DNA of 64,000 nucleotides. Origin: Candidatus Egerieisoma sp. (GTDB taxonomy: Bacteria > Bacteroidota > Bacteroidia > Bacteroidales > UBA932). Positions 47,016 to 57,254 of this stretch are shown here, piece by piece (the first letter of the stretch is position 1; the number at the start of each line of letters is the position of its first letter). Where the stretch lies: the NCBI GenBank assembly GCA_045592425.1, contig JAZNUT010000018.1, forward strand, positions 5,108 to 69,107, written 5' to 3'. The position numbers were made by a program, and so were the translations under genes. Below the pieces are notes generated by a model. The model saw only the letters and a program-made list of their open reading frames with translations, was not told the origin of the DNA and searched no databases.

Positions 47016-48230
47016 GCTATCACCATAACTCAAGAAACGGAAATCCCTCTCAAGTGCATAATTGTAAACATCTTTCCACTTACTCTCACCAATAAAGGCC
47101 GAAATCAGGAGCAGTAAAGTGCTCTGTGGCTGGTGAAAATTGGTAACAAGTATATCTACAACCCTAAATTTATAGGACGGCACTATTATAATTCCTGTTC
47201 TGGCTACCAATTTGGTCAAATTATTCCTCTCCATATATTCAATAATAGCCCCCACAGACTCCTTTAGAGTATAATTGTACTCTTTCCTGTATGGCTCCCA
47301 CTGCTCCACCGCACCCGGCTCCCCATTCTCTATACATTGTACCCCAAGGAAGTACAATGACTCCAGAGTCCTGGTGGAGGTAGTACCCACGGAAATCACC
47401 TTTTGTCCATCTTTTAAATCCCTGAGTTTAAGCAAGAAAGACTTGGTTACTTCAAATGGTTCTGTATGCATTTTATGATCGGAGATATACTCACTTTTTA
47501 CAGGGACAAACGTACCTGCCCCAACATGCAGACATACATTTTCCACATCCACATTCTTATCCTTTAAACCAGAAAAGACTCTGTCAGTAAAATGGAGTCC
47601 GGCAGTAGGGGCCGCTACAGACCCTTTTATCCTTGCATACAGTGTCTGATAACGCTCATAATCAAGAGCCTCAGTATCCCTATTAAGATATGGAGGGATA
47701 GGGATCCTACCACAAATATCAAGGACTTCAGAGAAACTGCATCCCGAATCCCACTTGAATTTTACTACAGATCCATTATTATCCCCTTTATATATAAGTT
47801 CTGCCCTTAAATTGAGCTTTTTTGCCTCTTCTGAGGCATTTTCGAGCATCAGACCAACCTCACCACCTTTCCATTTTTTGGCATTTCCTATAACAACATT
47901 CCAGCTGCAGCTCTCATTTGAGGCAAAACAGAGGGCATAATCTGCCGGCTGTACAGGCTCAAGACAGAAAATCTCTATCACAGCACCGGTCTCTTTTCTA
48001 AAAAACAGTCTGGCCGGAACCACCTTGGTATTGTTAAAAACCATTAGTGAATTCTCCGGAATGTAAGAGGGGAGTGTAAAAAAGAAACTCTCCTTTATAT
48101 CACCATTTCTACCATTATTATATATAAGAAGCTTAGAAGCATCTCTTTGCTCAAGAGGGTACTTTGCTATACGCTCTGAGGGCAAATCATAGGAATAATC
48201 CTGTATCTTAATTTTAGGCTCCACAATCAA
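46992..48230 (-). CDS. queA: S-adenosylmethionine:tRNA ribosyltransferase-isomerase
   Basis: QueA N-terminus DYSYDLPSERIAKYPLEQRDASKLL and C-terminus TNFHQPQSTLLLL. There is no in-frame ATG near the start (TTG at 48230 or GTG at 48224). It overlaps the convergent gene by 24 nt. Confidence 0.88.
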   Translation of the reverse strand: MIVEPKIKIQDYSYDLPSERIAKYPLEQRDASKLLIYNNGRNGDIKESFFFTLPSYIPENSLMVFNNTKVVPARLFFRKETGAVIEIFCLEPVQPADYALCFASNESCSWNVVIGNAKKWKGGEVGLMLENASEEAKKLNLRAELIYKGDNNGSVVKFKWDSGCSFSEVLDICGRIPIPPYLNRDTEALDYERYQTLYARIKGSVAAPTAGLHFTDRVFSGLKDKNVDVENVCLHVGAGTFVPVKSEYISDHKMHTEPFEVTKSFLLKLRDLKDGQKVISVGTTSTRTLESLYFLGVQCIENGEPGAVEQWEPYRKEYNYTLKESVGAIIEYMERNNLTKLVARTGIIIVPSYKFRVVDILVTNFHQPQSTLLLLISAFIGESKWKDVYNYALERDFRFLSYGDSSLLFRGI

Positions 48231-48638
48231 TTATTTTGTACAAAGGTATATAAATGTACCTCAAAGTAAAAATAATTGAAATTTGAGATTTTGTTTACAA
48301 TTGTAATTTACAATTATATAATCTCATACTTTACAATGTTAAACACACTCCTTAGTATTAAACAAGTGTTTAATTTTGTATATTTTGATTTATAACTAAA
48401 ATTTATTTTTCGGTTATCGGATTTTTATTGTATTCTAAATCTGTACTTTAATGGCTTTATATAAAGTATTGTTCCAACTAAAACCATAGAAAGTATGCCA
48501 TTATTGCACAAAAAATCACTGAATACACCTATTATATCAATCTTATATATTTATTTTCCAGCGGTTTACATAGTTCTATTTAAGGTATAAAATCAAATAC
48601 ATGCAGGGAGAGGTAAAATCCCTCTACAGATATGTGTG

Positions 48639-48673
48639 AGTTACTTTTGTAACCAGTAGCTACAAAAGTAACT
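48639..48673. promoter_or_regulatory. 13-bp perfect inverted repeat AGTTACTTTTGTA-N9-TACAAAAGTAACT upstream of the XRE gene
   Basis: Seen directly, ~65 nt upstream of the ATG at 48738. A TAnnTTTG box (TACATTTG) lies at 48709-48716. Confidence 0.5.
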
Positions 48674-48737
48674 TTTCTACACTTTTTATTTTTGTAAAAA
48701 TTTTTGCTTACATTTGTAGCAGAATAATTTTACATCT

Positions 48738-49346
48738 ATGAATAACCGTTTACAGCAATTTTTGGAGCTGGAAAACCTCACTCCTGCCCGTCTTGCAGAT
48801 ATGCTGGGGGTGCAGAGATCCGGATTGTCACATATATTGTCGGGAAGAAACAAACCCAGCTATGATTTCCTTACAAGGATACTCACCAAGTTCCCCCACA
48901 TAAGTGCGGACTGGTTGATGACAGGACAGGGTAAAGCATATAAGGAAAGTAGTGGGAGTGTAATTATTTCCACACCTCTCCCATCCTCTGGGAACGGAGT
49001 AAATTTTCAGGGTGGCAGAGAGAATTTTGGAGTTCATGGTACAGGAGTCGGAAGCGGACAGATTGGAATTTCTAATAACAATGAAGGGTTATCAATTGAT
49101 AACTTACCTATTTTGGATGGTTTTGAGCAAATTTTTCCAGATGATGGAATGGATGCCACTACGGCAAACAACACATACACCACTGATACAGAGAATATTA
49201 CCGCCAATCCTACCACCTCTCAACCCGCTGAGAATTGCGTAAATGGAGCTGGCAAGCCTGTTGCAGGCAAAAAAAAGAGAATAAAAAGGGTTATTGTATT
49301 CTATAATGACGGAAGTTTTGAGGAGTTGTTTCCCCATATTGGATAA
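48738..49346 (+). CDS. XRE-family helix-turn-helix protein
   Basis: HTH region LTPARLADMLGVQRSGLSHILSGRNKPSYDFL, then a low-complexity G/T/N-rich linker and a short basic C-terminal segment. Confidence 0.75.
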   Translation: MNNRLQQFLELENLTPARLADMLGVQRSGLSHILSGRNKPSYDFLTRILTKFPHISADWLMTGQGKAYKESSGSVIISTPLPSSGNGVNFQGGRENFGVHGTGVGSGQIGISNNNEGLSIDNLPILDGFEQIFPDDGMDATTANNTYTTDTENITANPTTSQPAENCVNGAGKPVAGKKKRIKRVIVFYNDGSFEELFPHIG

Positions 49347-49398
49347 ATTGTGTTAATTTTGTGTTTCAACAATTTTTGACACCTTTATTATATATAAT

Positions 49399-50433
49399 AT
49401 GTATAAACTGATAAGACCTATCATCTTTTTCCTGCTGAATGCGGAGCAGGCACACCATCTTACACTAAAGTTCTTCAAAGCGGTTCATTGCATCCCCGGT
49501 ATGGGATGGATCATAAAGAAAATGTTCTGCTACAACAACCCAAAGCTTGAAAGGGAGGTATTTGGAATAAAATTCAAGAACCCTGTTGGATTGGCTGCAG
49601 GTTTTGACAAGAACGGAAACTGCTACAACGAACTTTCAAACCTTGGTTTCAGTTTTATTGAGATTGGTTCAATAACACCGGAACCACAGCCAGGCAATCC
49701 AAAGCCAAGATGTTTCAGATTGCCAAAGGACGGTGCTTTAATCAACCGTTTTGGCATAAACAATAATGGTGTGAAATATACTGTTGAGTATTTGAAGAAA
49801 CACCACCCCAAATGTGTCATTGGTGCCAGCTTGAGCAAATGTACAACTTCATCAAATGAGGATGCTCCAAAAGACATTGAGAAATCATTTGCAATCCTAT
49901 ATGATTTTGTAGATTATTTTGCTCTTAATGTATCGTGTCCTAATGTAAAGAACCTGTGTCAGTTACAGGACATAAACTTCCTCTCCGAGATTATTGACCG
50001 CCTTCTTACCTTAAGGAGGTACTATGACGATTACCGCCCTATACTGTTAAAGGTATCGCCAGATGTTCCTCAGGAGCAGCTTGATGAGATTATTGATCTT
50101 GTTATGGTTTCCGGTTTGGATGGCGTAATTGCAACCAATACAACTCAGAGCCGTGAGGGCCTGAAGAGCAGCAAGGAGGAGATTGAAGCAATAGGCAACG
50201 GCGGATTGAGCGGTGCCCCTCTATTTAAGAGAAGCCTTGAGAGAGTAAAATATATCCATAAAAAGACAGAAGGCCAGCTCCCTATCATTGCAGTTGGCGG
50301 CATAATGACCCCTGAGCAGGCACATCAGATGCTACAGGCGGGTGCTTCACTGGTACAAATTTACTCTGGGTTCGTTTACAACGGCCCCGGCTTTGTTAAA
50401 GATATCAACAAATATTTAGCTAAGAAACTGTAA
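49399..50433 (+). CDS. pyrD: dihydroorotate dehydrogenase (quinone), class 2
   Basis: 344 aa with an N-terminal membrane-association helix and the motifs GFDKNG, NVSCPN and GGI. Confidence 0.9.
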   Translation: MYKLIRPIIFFLLNAEQAHHLTLKFFKAVHCIPGMGWIIKKMFCYNNPKLEREVFGIKFKNPVGLAAGFDKNGNCYNELSNLGFSFIEIGSITPEPQPGNPKPRCFRLPKDGALINRFGINNNGVKYTVEYLKKHHPKCVIGASLSKCTTSSNEDAPKDIEKSFAILYDFVDYFALNVSCPNVKNLCQLQDINFLSEIIDRLLTLRRYYDDYRPILLKVSPDVPQEQLDEIIDLVMVSGLDGVIATNTTQSREGLKSSKEEIEAIGNGGLSGAPLFKRSLERVKYIHKKTEGQLPIIAVGGIMTPEQAHQMLQAGASLVQIYSGFVYNGPGFVKDINKYLAKKL

Positions 50434-50439
50434 TTCAAC

Positions 50440-51711
50440 ATGGTTACTGCTACAATATGCACAATTGGCGATGAGATTCTCATAGGCCAGATTGTGGATA
50501 CCAATTCATCCAAGATATCTACAGCCCTCAATTCAATAGGTGTAAAGGTTGTCTCTATGGTATCTACCTCAGACACTGAGGCTGACATTATAAATACTGT
50601 TGAGGGGGCACTTAAAGAGAGCAATGTAGTTGTAATAACAGGCGGCCTGGGCCCCACAAAGGATGACATTACCAAGAAGACACTTGGCAAACTTACCGGT
50701 GCCACCGCAGATGTGGAGAATCAGGAACAATTGGAGATTATAACACGTATCCTCTCTGCAAGAGGAATGGTGCCGCTGAGCCCTCTCAATAGAGCACAGG
50801 CAATGGTCCCAAACAGCTGTAAAGTAATTCCAAACCATTATGGTACAGCCCCTTGTATGGAATTTCTCCTTCCCGACAACAAATATGGACATAAGTCCCT
50901 TATATACTCCCTGCCCGGGGTACCTTTTGAAGCGGAGGCAGCCATTCCTAAAGTATTGGAATCCATTCAGGGACACTTTTCATTGGACAAAATATTCCAC
51001 AAAACAATTTGCACCTTTGGTATCCCAGAATCAACCCTTGCACAGCAAATTGAGGAGTGGGAAGACAATCTTCCTGCAAATCTGCATCTGGCATATCTTC
51101 CAAATCCTGTCCTTGGCGTGCGTCTGAGACTCTCTATCTATGGTGTTGATGAGCAGACCGGACAGGCTGAACTGGCAGAAAATGAGGCAAAACTCAAAGA
51201 TTTGCTCGGTGATGCAATTTACGGCGAAGGTACAGATTCCCTTCAAAAAGTTATCGGGAATACTTTAAAGGAAAGGGGTATGACTGTGGGTGTTGCTGAG
51301 TCTTGCACCGGAGGTTTCCTTGCATCACTATTTACCTCTCAGCCTGGAGCATCAGAGTATTTTTACGGGGGAGTGGTTTCATATGACAACTCTGTAAAAA
51401 TGAATGTTCTTGGGGTTGAAAAAGAGGTTCTTGATACATATGGAGCTGTGAGCAGTGAGTGTGCGGAGCAAATGGCTGCAGGTGCCCGCAGAGTGCTTGG
51501 TACAGACTACGCAATTGCCACCACAGGAGTTGCCGGTCCGGATGGAGGGACACCGGAAAAACCTGCCGGCACAGTGTGGGTTGCTGTAGCTACTCCAGAA
51601 GGGGTTACAAGCAAAAAATTCTCCTTCAACAGTACCCGCCGCAACATAAACATTGAGCGTTTTGCTGCCAATGCACTTAATATGCTTAGAATACAACTAA
51701 TTAACAAATAA
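50440..51711 (+). CDS. cinA: CinA-family protein (MoCF-binding plus nicotinamide-nucleotide amidohydrolase domains)
   Basis: N-terminus ICTIGDEILIGQIVDTNS and the C-terminal PncC domain motif ESCTGG. Confidence 0.9.
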   Translation: MVTATICTIGDEILIGQIVDTNSSKISTALNSIGVKVVSMVSTSDTEADIINTVEGALKESNVVVITGGLGPTKDDITKKTLGKLTGATADVENQEQLEIITRILSARGMVPLSPLNRAQAMVPNSCKVIPNHYGTAPCMEFLLPDNKYGHKSLIYSLPGVPFEAEAAIPKVLESIQGHFSLDKIFHKTICTFGIPESTLAQQIEEWEDNLPANLHLAYLPNPVLGVRLRLSIYGVDEQTGQAELAENEAKLKDLLGDAIYGEGTDSLQKVIGNTLKERGMTVGVAESCTGGFLASLFTSQPGASEYFYGGVVSYDNSVKMNVLGVEKEVLDTYGAVSSECAEQMAAGARRVLGTDYAIATTGVAGPDGGTPEKPAGTVWVAVATPEGVTSKKFSFNSTRRNINIERFAANALNMLRIQLINK

Positions 51712-51715
51712 CACT

Positions 51716-52897
51716 ATGAACTTAAAAACTTTGGCTTGCACCCTTGCAGCCGCAACAACTATGGGAACTATGATTTCTTGTTCAAGCCCCGCTCCTACCA
51801 AGGATGAGATTGCCGTGGCAAAACTGGATTCTCTATTTACCGAGAGATACTCACCACAACCTAACCCAGGTGGTACAGTACTTATTATGAAAGGTGACTC
51901 TATCCTTTATGAGAACAGCTGGGGTATTGCAGACACTGAGCTCAACACTAAAATTGACGGAAATACCTTCTTTAATATTGCATCTGTTTCAAAACAGTTT
52001 ACAGCAGTTGCAATTATGAAACTTCACCAGGAGGGCAAATTGGACATTTACAAAAGCATTTATGATGTTCATCCCGATGTAAACAAATTCCTTCCTAAGA
52101 AGAAAAAACCGTTTACAGACATTAAAGTGAAAGATCTTATGGCCCACTCTTCAGGTATTCCTGATGCAAGACCCCGTACAGACCGCAATTTTATGCTTAC
52201 TGCAACCGATATGGAGTCATTGCAATATATGAAAGACCTTAAAGAGCTTAATTTTGAGCCAGGTACTGCTTATGAGTATATGAACCCAACATTCCAGTTG
52301 CTTTATATTATGATTGAAGCAGCAAGCGGAATGCCGTTTGAGCAGTATATGAGAGAGAATATCTTTACCCCTGCAGGAATGGAGGAGACTCTATACTTCC
52401 AGGCAGACAGAGAGATACCAAGAATGGCTCACGGCTATGTAACAGAGGATGATGATGCTCCAGCTGAAACAAAACAGTTCCGTCAGTATGATTACGGTGA
52501 GGAGACATTCTTTGCAACCAAAGCAGACGGCGGTATCTACACTTCAACTCACGAGTTTGTACAGTGGGAGAAAGCACTAAGAAACAATCTGTTCCTTACT
52601 CCTGAAATGACAGCAGAGGCACACGGCCCAGTAAATCCTATTTCCGGCAGCAAATACAGCTCATACCAGAACAGACCTAACACATCATACGGTTACGGCT
52701 GGTTCATTGAGGAGAACCCTGGAATGCCAAGAAAAGTGTACCATACCGGTGATAATGGTGGATTCCAGATCTACGCAGGCCGCTTCCCAGAGAAAGAGGT
52801 TCTAATGCTTGTATTTGAGAACAGGAACGACCACAGCCGCTGGAAAATGGTTGAGAAACTTGATGCAATTGCAAAGGAGGCAGGTTGGTTGGACTAA
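51716..52897 (+). CDS. serine hydrolase of the beta-lactamase/PBP4* family, lipoprotein
   Basis: Lipobox MISCSS and the SxxK motif ASVSKQF. Confidence 0.8.
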   Translation: MNLKTLACTLAAATTMGTMISCSSPAPTKDEIAVAKLDSLFTERYSPQPNPGGTVLIMKGDSILYENSWGIADTELNTKIDGNTFFNIASVSKQFTAVAIMKLHQEGKLDIYKSIYDVHPDVNKFLPKKKKPFTDIKVKDLMAHSSGIPDARPRTDRNFMLTATDMESLQYMKDLKELNFEPGTAYEYMNPTFQLLYIMIEAASGMPFEQYMRENIFTPAGMEETLYFQADREIPRMAHGYVTEDDDAPAETKQFRQYDYGEETFFATKADGGIYTSTHEFVQWEKALRNNLFLTPEMTAEAHGPVNPISGSKYSSYQNRPNTSYGYGWFIEENPGMPRKVYHTGDNGGFQIYAGRFPEKEVLMLVFENRNDHSRWKMVEKLDAIAKEAGWLD

Positions 52898-52919
52898 CCC
52901 CCTCTTCCCGATAAACAAC

Positions 52920-52955
52920 AGGAGCTGTCATCATGTAAGATGACAGCTCCTTTTC
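52920..52955. terminator. bidirectional rho-independent terminator
   Basis: AGGAGCTGTCATC-ATGTAA-GATGACAGCTCCT followed by TTTT, between convergent genes. Confidence 0.8.
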
Positions 52956-52957
52956 AT

Positions 52958-53299
52958 TTACATCTCCTTCAACGCCTCAAACGGTATTCCCAGCAATTTC
53001 ATTTTCCGGGCAACAAGGGGCAATTCATTCTTCAGGAACTCTTCCCTCTGAAGTTCCAGAATCTTCTGCGGAGCATCGGGTGACACAAAATACCCTATCC
53101 CTCTTTTGTTGTATATCACTTCCATTCCCTGCAGATGGTCATACACTCTAGCAATGGTGTTGGGATTTACTCCAAGGGAAACACCCAATTCCCGCACTGA
53201 AAGGATTCTTTCATCGGGAAGATACTCTCCTTGAAGGATTTTCTCACAAATTGAATCTGCAATCTGGAGATATATTGGTTTGTTCTGATTGAAATCCAT
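52958..53299 (-). CDS. GntR-family (YhcF-like, short) transcriptional regulator
   Basis: PIYLQIADSI...LSVRELGVSLGVNPNTIARVY winged HTH; 113 aa. Confidence 0.85.
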   Translation of the reverse strand: MDFNQNKPIYLQIADSICEKILQGEYLPDERILSVRELGVSLGVNPNTIARVYDHLQGMEVIYNKRGIGYFVSPDAPQKILELQREEFLKNELPLVARKMKLLGIPFEALKEM

Positions 53300-53314
53300 A
53301 ACTGTTCCTCCAGT

Positions 53315-54046
53315 TTATGATATTTGCATTTTCTTTAGACGCCAGTATGTTAGAATATAGAATAACACTCCCACTGCTGTATAAACAGTTGCAGTTATAT
53401 TTACAATCATCTCTGTCTTAGCTTGAACTGCAGATGCATCAATATCACCATTTGGGAAAACATTGTCAATATCAAATAATAAATCTGACAACAACACACC
53501 CCACAAAACTAATAGAACCAACAAACACAAAATAGTTTTAAAAGCAGCTTTTCCTTTAAAAATAGCATTTCCCAAAACTGCTGCTCCCATTATAGAAAAT
53601 ACTCCCATAGCACCTCTTAGAAGGATCATTGGATCAACAGAAATAAAACTGTTATAATACGTTTTGAGCAATAATACCAACACATAATCAATTGCCACAT
53701 AACTGATAATGAATAACACAGGAACTGCAACAAGGGTTATTACAAACATACTTGCAAACTTCTCCAAAACTGAAGCCGGCAACATAAGGAAAGATGCTTT
53801 ACCGTGTTTCTCCCTTAAAGCAGAATATATACCAAATGGCGCAAAGAAAATTAGACAGGTAGTCATTACTGCATATAAATCCACCCTTTGACCAACTGGA
53901 AAAGTCTCCCCATAGGCCATAATAAAATGCAAAGCATGTGGCATAACCAGTAATACCAGAAACATTGTTCTAATTGCCGGAACCCTCATCTTAAGGTCAT
54001 ATTTCACCACCTTAACGAATCTCTCAAATGAAAATGTATTGTTCAT
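53315..54046 (-). CDS. polytopic membrane protein, probable permease partner of the ABC ATPase
   Basis: ~6 TM helices. ATG at 54046 lies 4 nt after the ATPase stop. The track start at 54124 is TTG. Confidence 0.55.
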   Translation of the reverse strand: MNNTFSFERFVKVVKYDLKMRVPAIRTMFLVLLVMPHALHFIMAYGETFPVGQRVDLYAVMTTCLIFFAPFGIYSALREKHGKASFLMLPASVLEKFASMFVITLVAVPVLFIISYVAIDYVLVLLLKTYYNSFISVDPMILLRGAMGVFSIMGAAVLGNAIFKGKAAFKTILCLLVLLVLWGVLLSDLLFDIDNVFPNGDIDASAVQAKTEMIVNITATVYTAVGVLFYILTYWRLKKMQIS

Positions 54047-54050
54047 AATA

Positions 54051-54887
54051 TTATCTCCTGTTATTGTTGAACATATCTTTAAACAAAGCCTTGTTTTGAA
54101 GGGCACAATTGAACAGCACTTCAAGATCCACTGGGGTTTCTACACCTGTATAATTCTGTTTTACAGTATAATATCCTCTCAAATCCTGCTGTACAAAAAG
54201 TGCTCCTGCATCTTTCTCGCCTTCTATGGTAAATGAAAGCTTGCCTGTAATCTCCTCAATTGAGGCATTCATTACTATTCCCTCTTTATCCATTATGATT
54301 ATTGGATCTATCAGATTCTCCAGATCTTTCACCTGGTGTGTTGAGATTATTATCAGCTGTTCATCAGATGCATTCTCTGAAATCATTCTCCTTAACAGTG
54401 CCTTTGAAGGGATATCCAACCCGTTGCTTGGTTCATCCATAATAAGCACCTCTGTCTGCAAAGAGAGTGCAATTGCAATAATCCCCTTTTTCTGCTGGCC
54501 GTGAGAAAGTTTGTTGAATTTTGATTTTGGATTAACCCCAAACTCTTCAATTATCTTATAAAACTTCTCCTTGGAGAACTTTGGGTAGAATTCACCTAAC
54601 TGAAGAGCATATTTCTCAATCTCAAGGTTTTCACCAACAAAATCCTCCGGGATATAAAAAATCTTCTCCAAAAATGAAGGTGTTCTGCCATAAGAACTCT
54701 CTCCCCCAACCAGGCACTCACCAGAATCCAATTTCAATAATCCACCCAGCACCTTCAAAAGAGTACTCTTTCCAACCCCATTCTCCCCAAGAAGACCATA
54801 AATCTTCCCTTTCTCCAACTCCAGACATACGTTATCAAACACCTTGTGCTTGCCGTATGAAAAACTTGCATTCTTTACTGAAATCAT
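54051..54887 (-). CDS. ABC transporter ATP-binding protein
   Basis: Walker A GENGVGKST, signature LSHGQQ, Walker B LIMDEP. Confidence 0.9.
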   Translation of the reverse strand: MISVKNASFSYGKHKVFDNVCLELEKGKIYGLLGENGVGKSTLLKVLGGLLKLDSGECLVGGESSYGRTPSFLEKIFYIPEDFVGENLEIEKYALQLGEFYPKFSKEKFYKIIEEFGVNPKSKFNKLSHGQQKKGIIAIALSLQTEVLIMDEPSNGLDIPSKALLRRMISENASDEQLIIISTHQVKDLENLIDPIIIMDKEGIVMNASIEEITGKLSFTIEGEKDAGALFVQQDLRGYYTVKQNYTGVETPVDLEVLFNCALQNKALFKDMFNNNRR

Positions 54888-55049
54888 AATTTATATGTTT
54901 TATTAGTGTATTAGTGTTGTAGTACACTGCAAAGATATAAAGAGATTTCTATTCTCCAAAAAAAAATTAACAGACAATCTGTCATATTAAGCAAAAACGG
55001 CCTGCTTATTGCACCTGTAAATTTATACTAGCTTAAAAAAGAGTTATTT

Positions 55050-55307
55050 ATGAAACAAAAGAAAATGAGAATTACACTTAAGGACTTTATTCTGGCCAAC
55101 AGAAGGGCCTCAAGGGCAGAAGAAATTGAGAAGTATGGCCAGCAGGTACACAATCGCAGAATGGTACACAAGTCAAAGAAGAAGTACGACAGAAAAGCTA
55201 TGAAAAGAGCTGTCATCAAGGGCGATGACAGCTCTTATTGTTTATTAGGCCTGCAAATGAGACCTACAACACCTTATGGAATGTATAAGAGTTTGCCTGC
55301 GCAGTAG
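55050..55307 (+). CDS. small highly basic protein (hypothetical)
   Basis: 85-aa ORF (MKQKKMRITLKDFILANRRASRAEEIEKYGQQVHNRRMVHKSKKKYDRKAMKR...). It resembles small basic Bacteroidetes proteins from memory. Its 3' end overlaps the convergent SDR gene by 44 nt. Confidence 0.4.
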   Translation: MKQKKMRITLKDFILANRRASRAEEIEKYGQQVHNRRMVHKSKKKYDRKAMKRAVIKGDDSSYCLLGLQMRPTTPYGMYKSLPAQ

Positions 55308-56025
55308 GCATAATTACCATATCATTGATGTTTACATGTGGCGGGCATTTTACCATATAAAGGATTGCATCTGCCACATCCATTGCGGTAAGTGGGGTAA
55401 ACCCTTTATAGACATTGTCTGCACGCTCCTGATCCCCTTTAAAACGGACAATTGAGAATTCTGTCTCCACAGCTCCAGGGCATATCTGGGAAACCCTTAT
55501 GCCATAAGGCAACAAATCAATTCTCATCCCTTTTGTAAGGGCATCTACGGCGTGTTTGGTGGCACAATAGACATTTCCATTGGCGTATGCCTCCTTGCCT
55601 GCAATTGAACAAAGATTTACAATGTGTCCGCTACGGCGCTCTTTCATATAGTTGGAAACCACGCGGGTTACATACAGCAAACCCTTTACATTGGTATCAA
55701 TCATCCTCTCCCAGTCATCCACCACACCATCCTGCACAGGGTTGAGCCCAACGGCAAGACCCGCATTATTTACAAGCACATCTATTGTCTTCCATTCATC
55801 GGGAAGATTGCCCAAATGTTTCTCCACCTCCTCTTGAGAGCGGACATCAAACACTAATGGCAAAACTTTCAACCCAAATTCATTTTCAAGTTCAAACGCA
55901 AGGGTATCAAGTCTGTCTGCTCTACGACCGGTTATTATCAATTTATAACCTTCTTTTGCCAAAAGGGCTGCAGTTGCCTCCCCTATTCCGGAAGTGGCAC
56001 CGGTAACCAATGCTATTTTTGCCAT
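55264..56025 (-). CDS. SDR-family NADP-dependent oxidoreductase (YdfG-like)
   Basis: TGATSGIG cofactor motif, NNAG, and the YxxxK motif (YCATK). Confidence 0.88.
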   Translation of the reverse strand: MAKIALVTGATSGIGEATAALLAKEGYKLIITGRRADRLDTLAFELENEFGLKVLPLVFDVRSQEEVEKHLGNLPDEWKTIDVLVNNAGLAVGLNPVQDGVVDDWERMIDTNVKGLLYVTRVVSNYMKERRSGHIVNLCSIAGKEAYANGNVYCATKHAVDALTKGMRIDLLPYGIRVSQICPGAVETEFSIVRFKGDQERADNVYKGFTPLTAMDVADAILYMVKCPPHVNINDMVIMPTAQANSYTFHKVL

Positions 56026-56026
56026 A

Positions 56027-57139
56027 TTACAATGTATATGCTATATTCTCAACCTCATTCATCACCCTTAGGAAGTTCTCACCAAGGATACATTTTATAT
56101 CCTCATCTGAATAACCTCTAAGCTTCAATTCCTCTGTAATCACACCAAATTTTGAAGCATCCTCCAATCCTGCAGGAGGTGACTCAATGCCGTCAAAATC
56201 AGATCCCAAACCAACATGTTTCACACCTACAAGCTTAACGACATGGTCTATATGATCCACAAGCAGCTTATATGAAGGTCTTGGGGTTGAATACAAAGCC
56301 TCATACGCCTTCTCATATCTCTCCTTGCGGCGTTTGCAGCGAGGATGCAACTGGTAATCAATTATAGCCTCATCAAACTCATCACACAAGTGTCCTGCTA
56401 CTTTAGAATACTCAGGATCTATGAAAGAAGAATAGAAGTTAATCTGAATTACACCACCTGCAGCAGCCAAATCCTTGATCATCTGGTCTGTCATATTGCG
56501 TGGATGGTTGCACAAAGCCCTGCAGCAAGAGTGGGTAGCCACTATTGGAGCCTTTGAATACTTCAAACAATCATAGAAAGACTCATCTGAAAGGTGAGAA
56601 ACATCAATCATCATACCCAAACGGTTCATAAGGGCAATAACCTCTTTGCCAAATGGGCTCACACCTCCCCATCTCTTCTCTTTAGGGGCACAAGAATCAC
56701 AAATCTCATTATTCCCAGCATGGGTAAGTGTCATATAACGGACACCCATCTTGTAGAACAGCTTGAGCAAAGAAAGATCCTTCTGGATAGGGGAACCGTT
56801 CTCCAATCCAATAAAGATTGCTGTTCTCCCCTGAGCCTTAAGTTTACGTGCCTCGCGTACTGTAGTTGCCAACCCCACTTTTTTAGGGTTCTCATCTATA
56901 ACCTCGTGGGTTAAGGCAATAAGTTGTAGGGCACGTCGGGTAGCCTCGTCGGGAGAAAGTGAATTTGAGGTGTAGGCTGCAAAGAAAACACCATCAACGC
57001 CACCATCTTTAAGGCGGTCAAAATCTATATGCCCCAATTTTCGTCTTTTTGACACATCCTGGCCACGAATTATTGCCAATGGGGTATCACAATGTGAATC
57101 AAGCACAAAGGCCTCCTTGTGAAGTTCTGCTGCTGTCAT
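56027..57139 (-). CDS. M19-family membrane dipeptidase
   Basis: FVLDSHCDTP and DVSHLS motifs. The track start at 57169 is TTG, so ATG at 57139 is preferred. Confidence 0.85.
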   Translation of the reverse strand: MTAAELHKEAFVLDSHCDTPLAIIRGQDVSKRRKLGHIDFDRLKDGGVDGVFFAAYTSNSLSPDEATRRALQLIALTHEVIDENPKKVGLATTVREARKLKAQGRTAIFIGLENGSPIQKDLSLLKLFYKMGVRYMTLTHAGNNEICDSCAPKEKRWGGVSPFGKEVIALMNRLGMMIDVSHLSDESFYDCLKYSKAPIVATHSCCRALCNHPRNMTDQMIKDLAAAGGVIQINFYSSFIDPEYSKVAGHLCDEFDEAIIDYQLHPRCKRRKERYEKAYEALYSTPRPSYKLLVDHIDHVVKLVGVKHVGLGSDFDGIESPPAGLEDASKFGVITEELKLRGYSDEDIKCILGENFLRVMNEVENIAYTL

Positions 57140-57254
57140 AATGTGTATTTTATTAAATTTGTTATCCAATATTTGAGTATAAAATTACAAAAATTTTGTC
57201 ACAAACTGCAACAAACGCAAAAACCGCCCGTCTTATAAGTGAAAAGGAAAGAGA

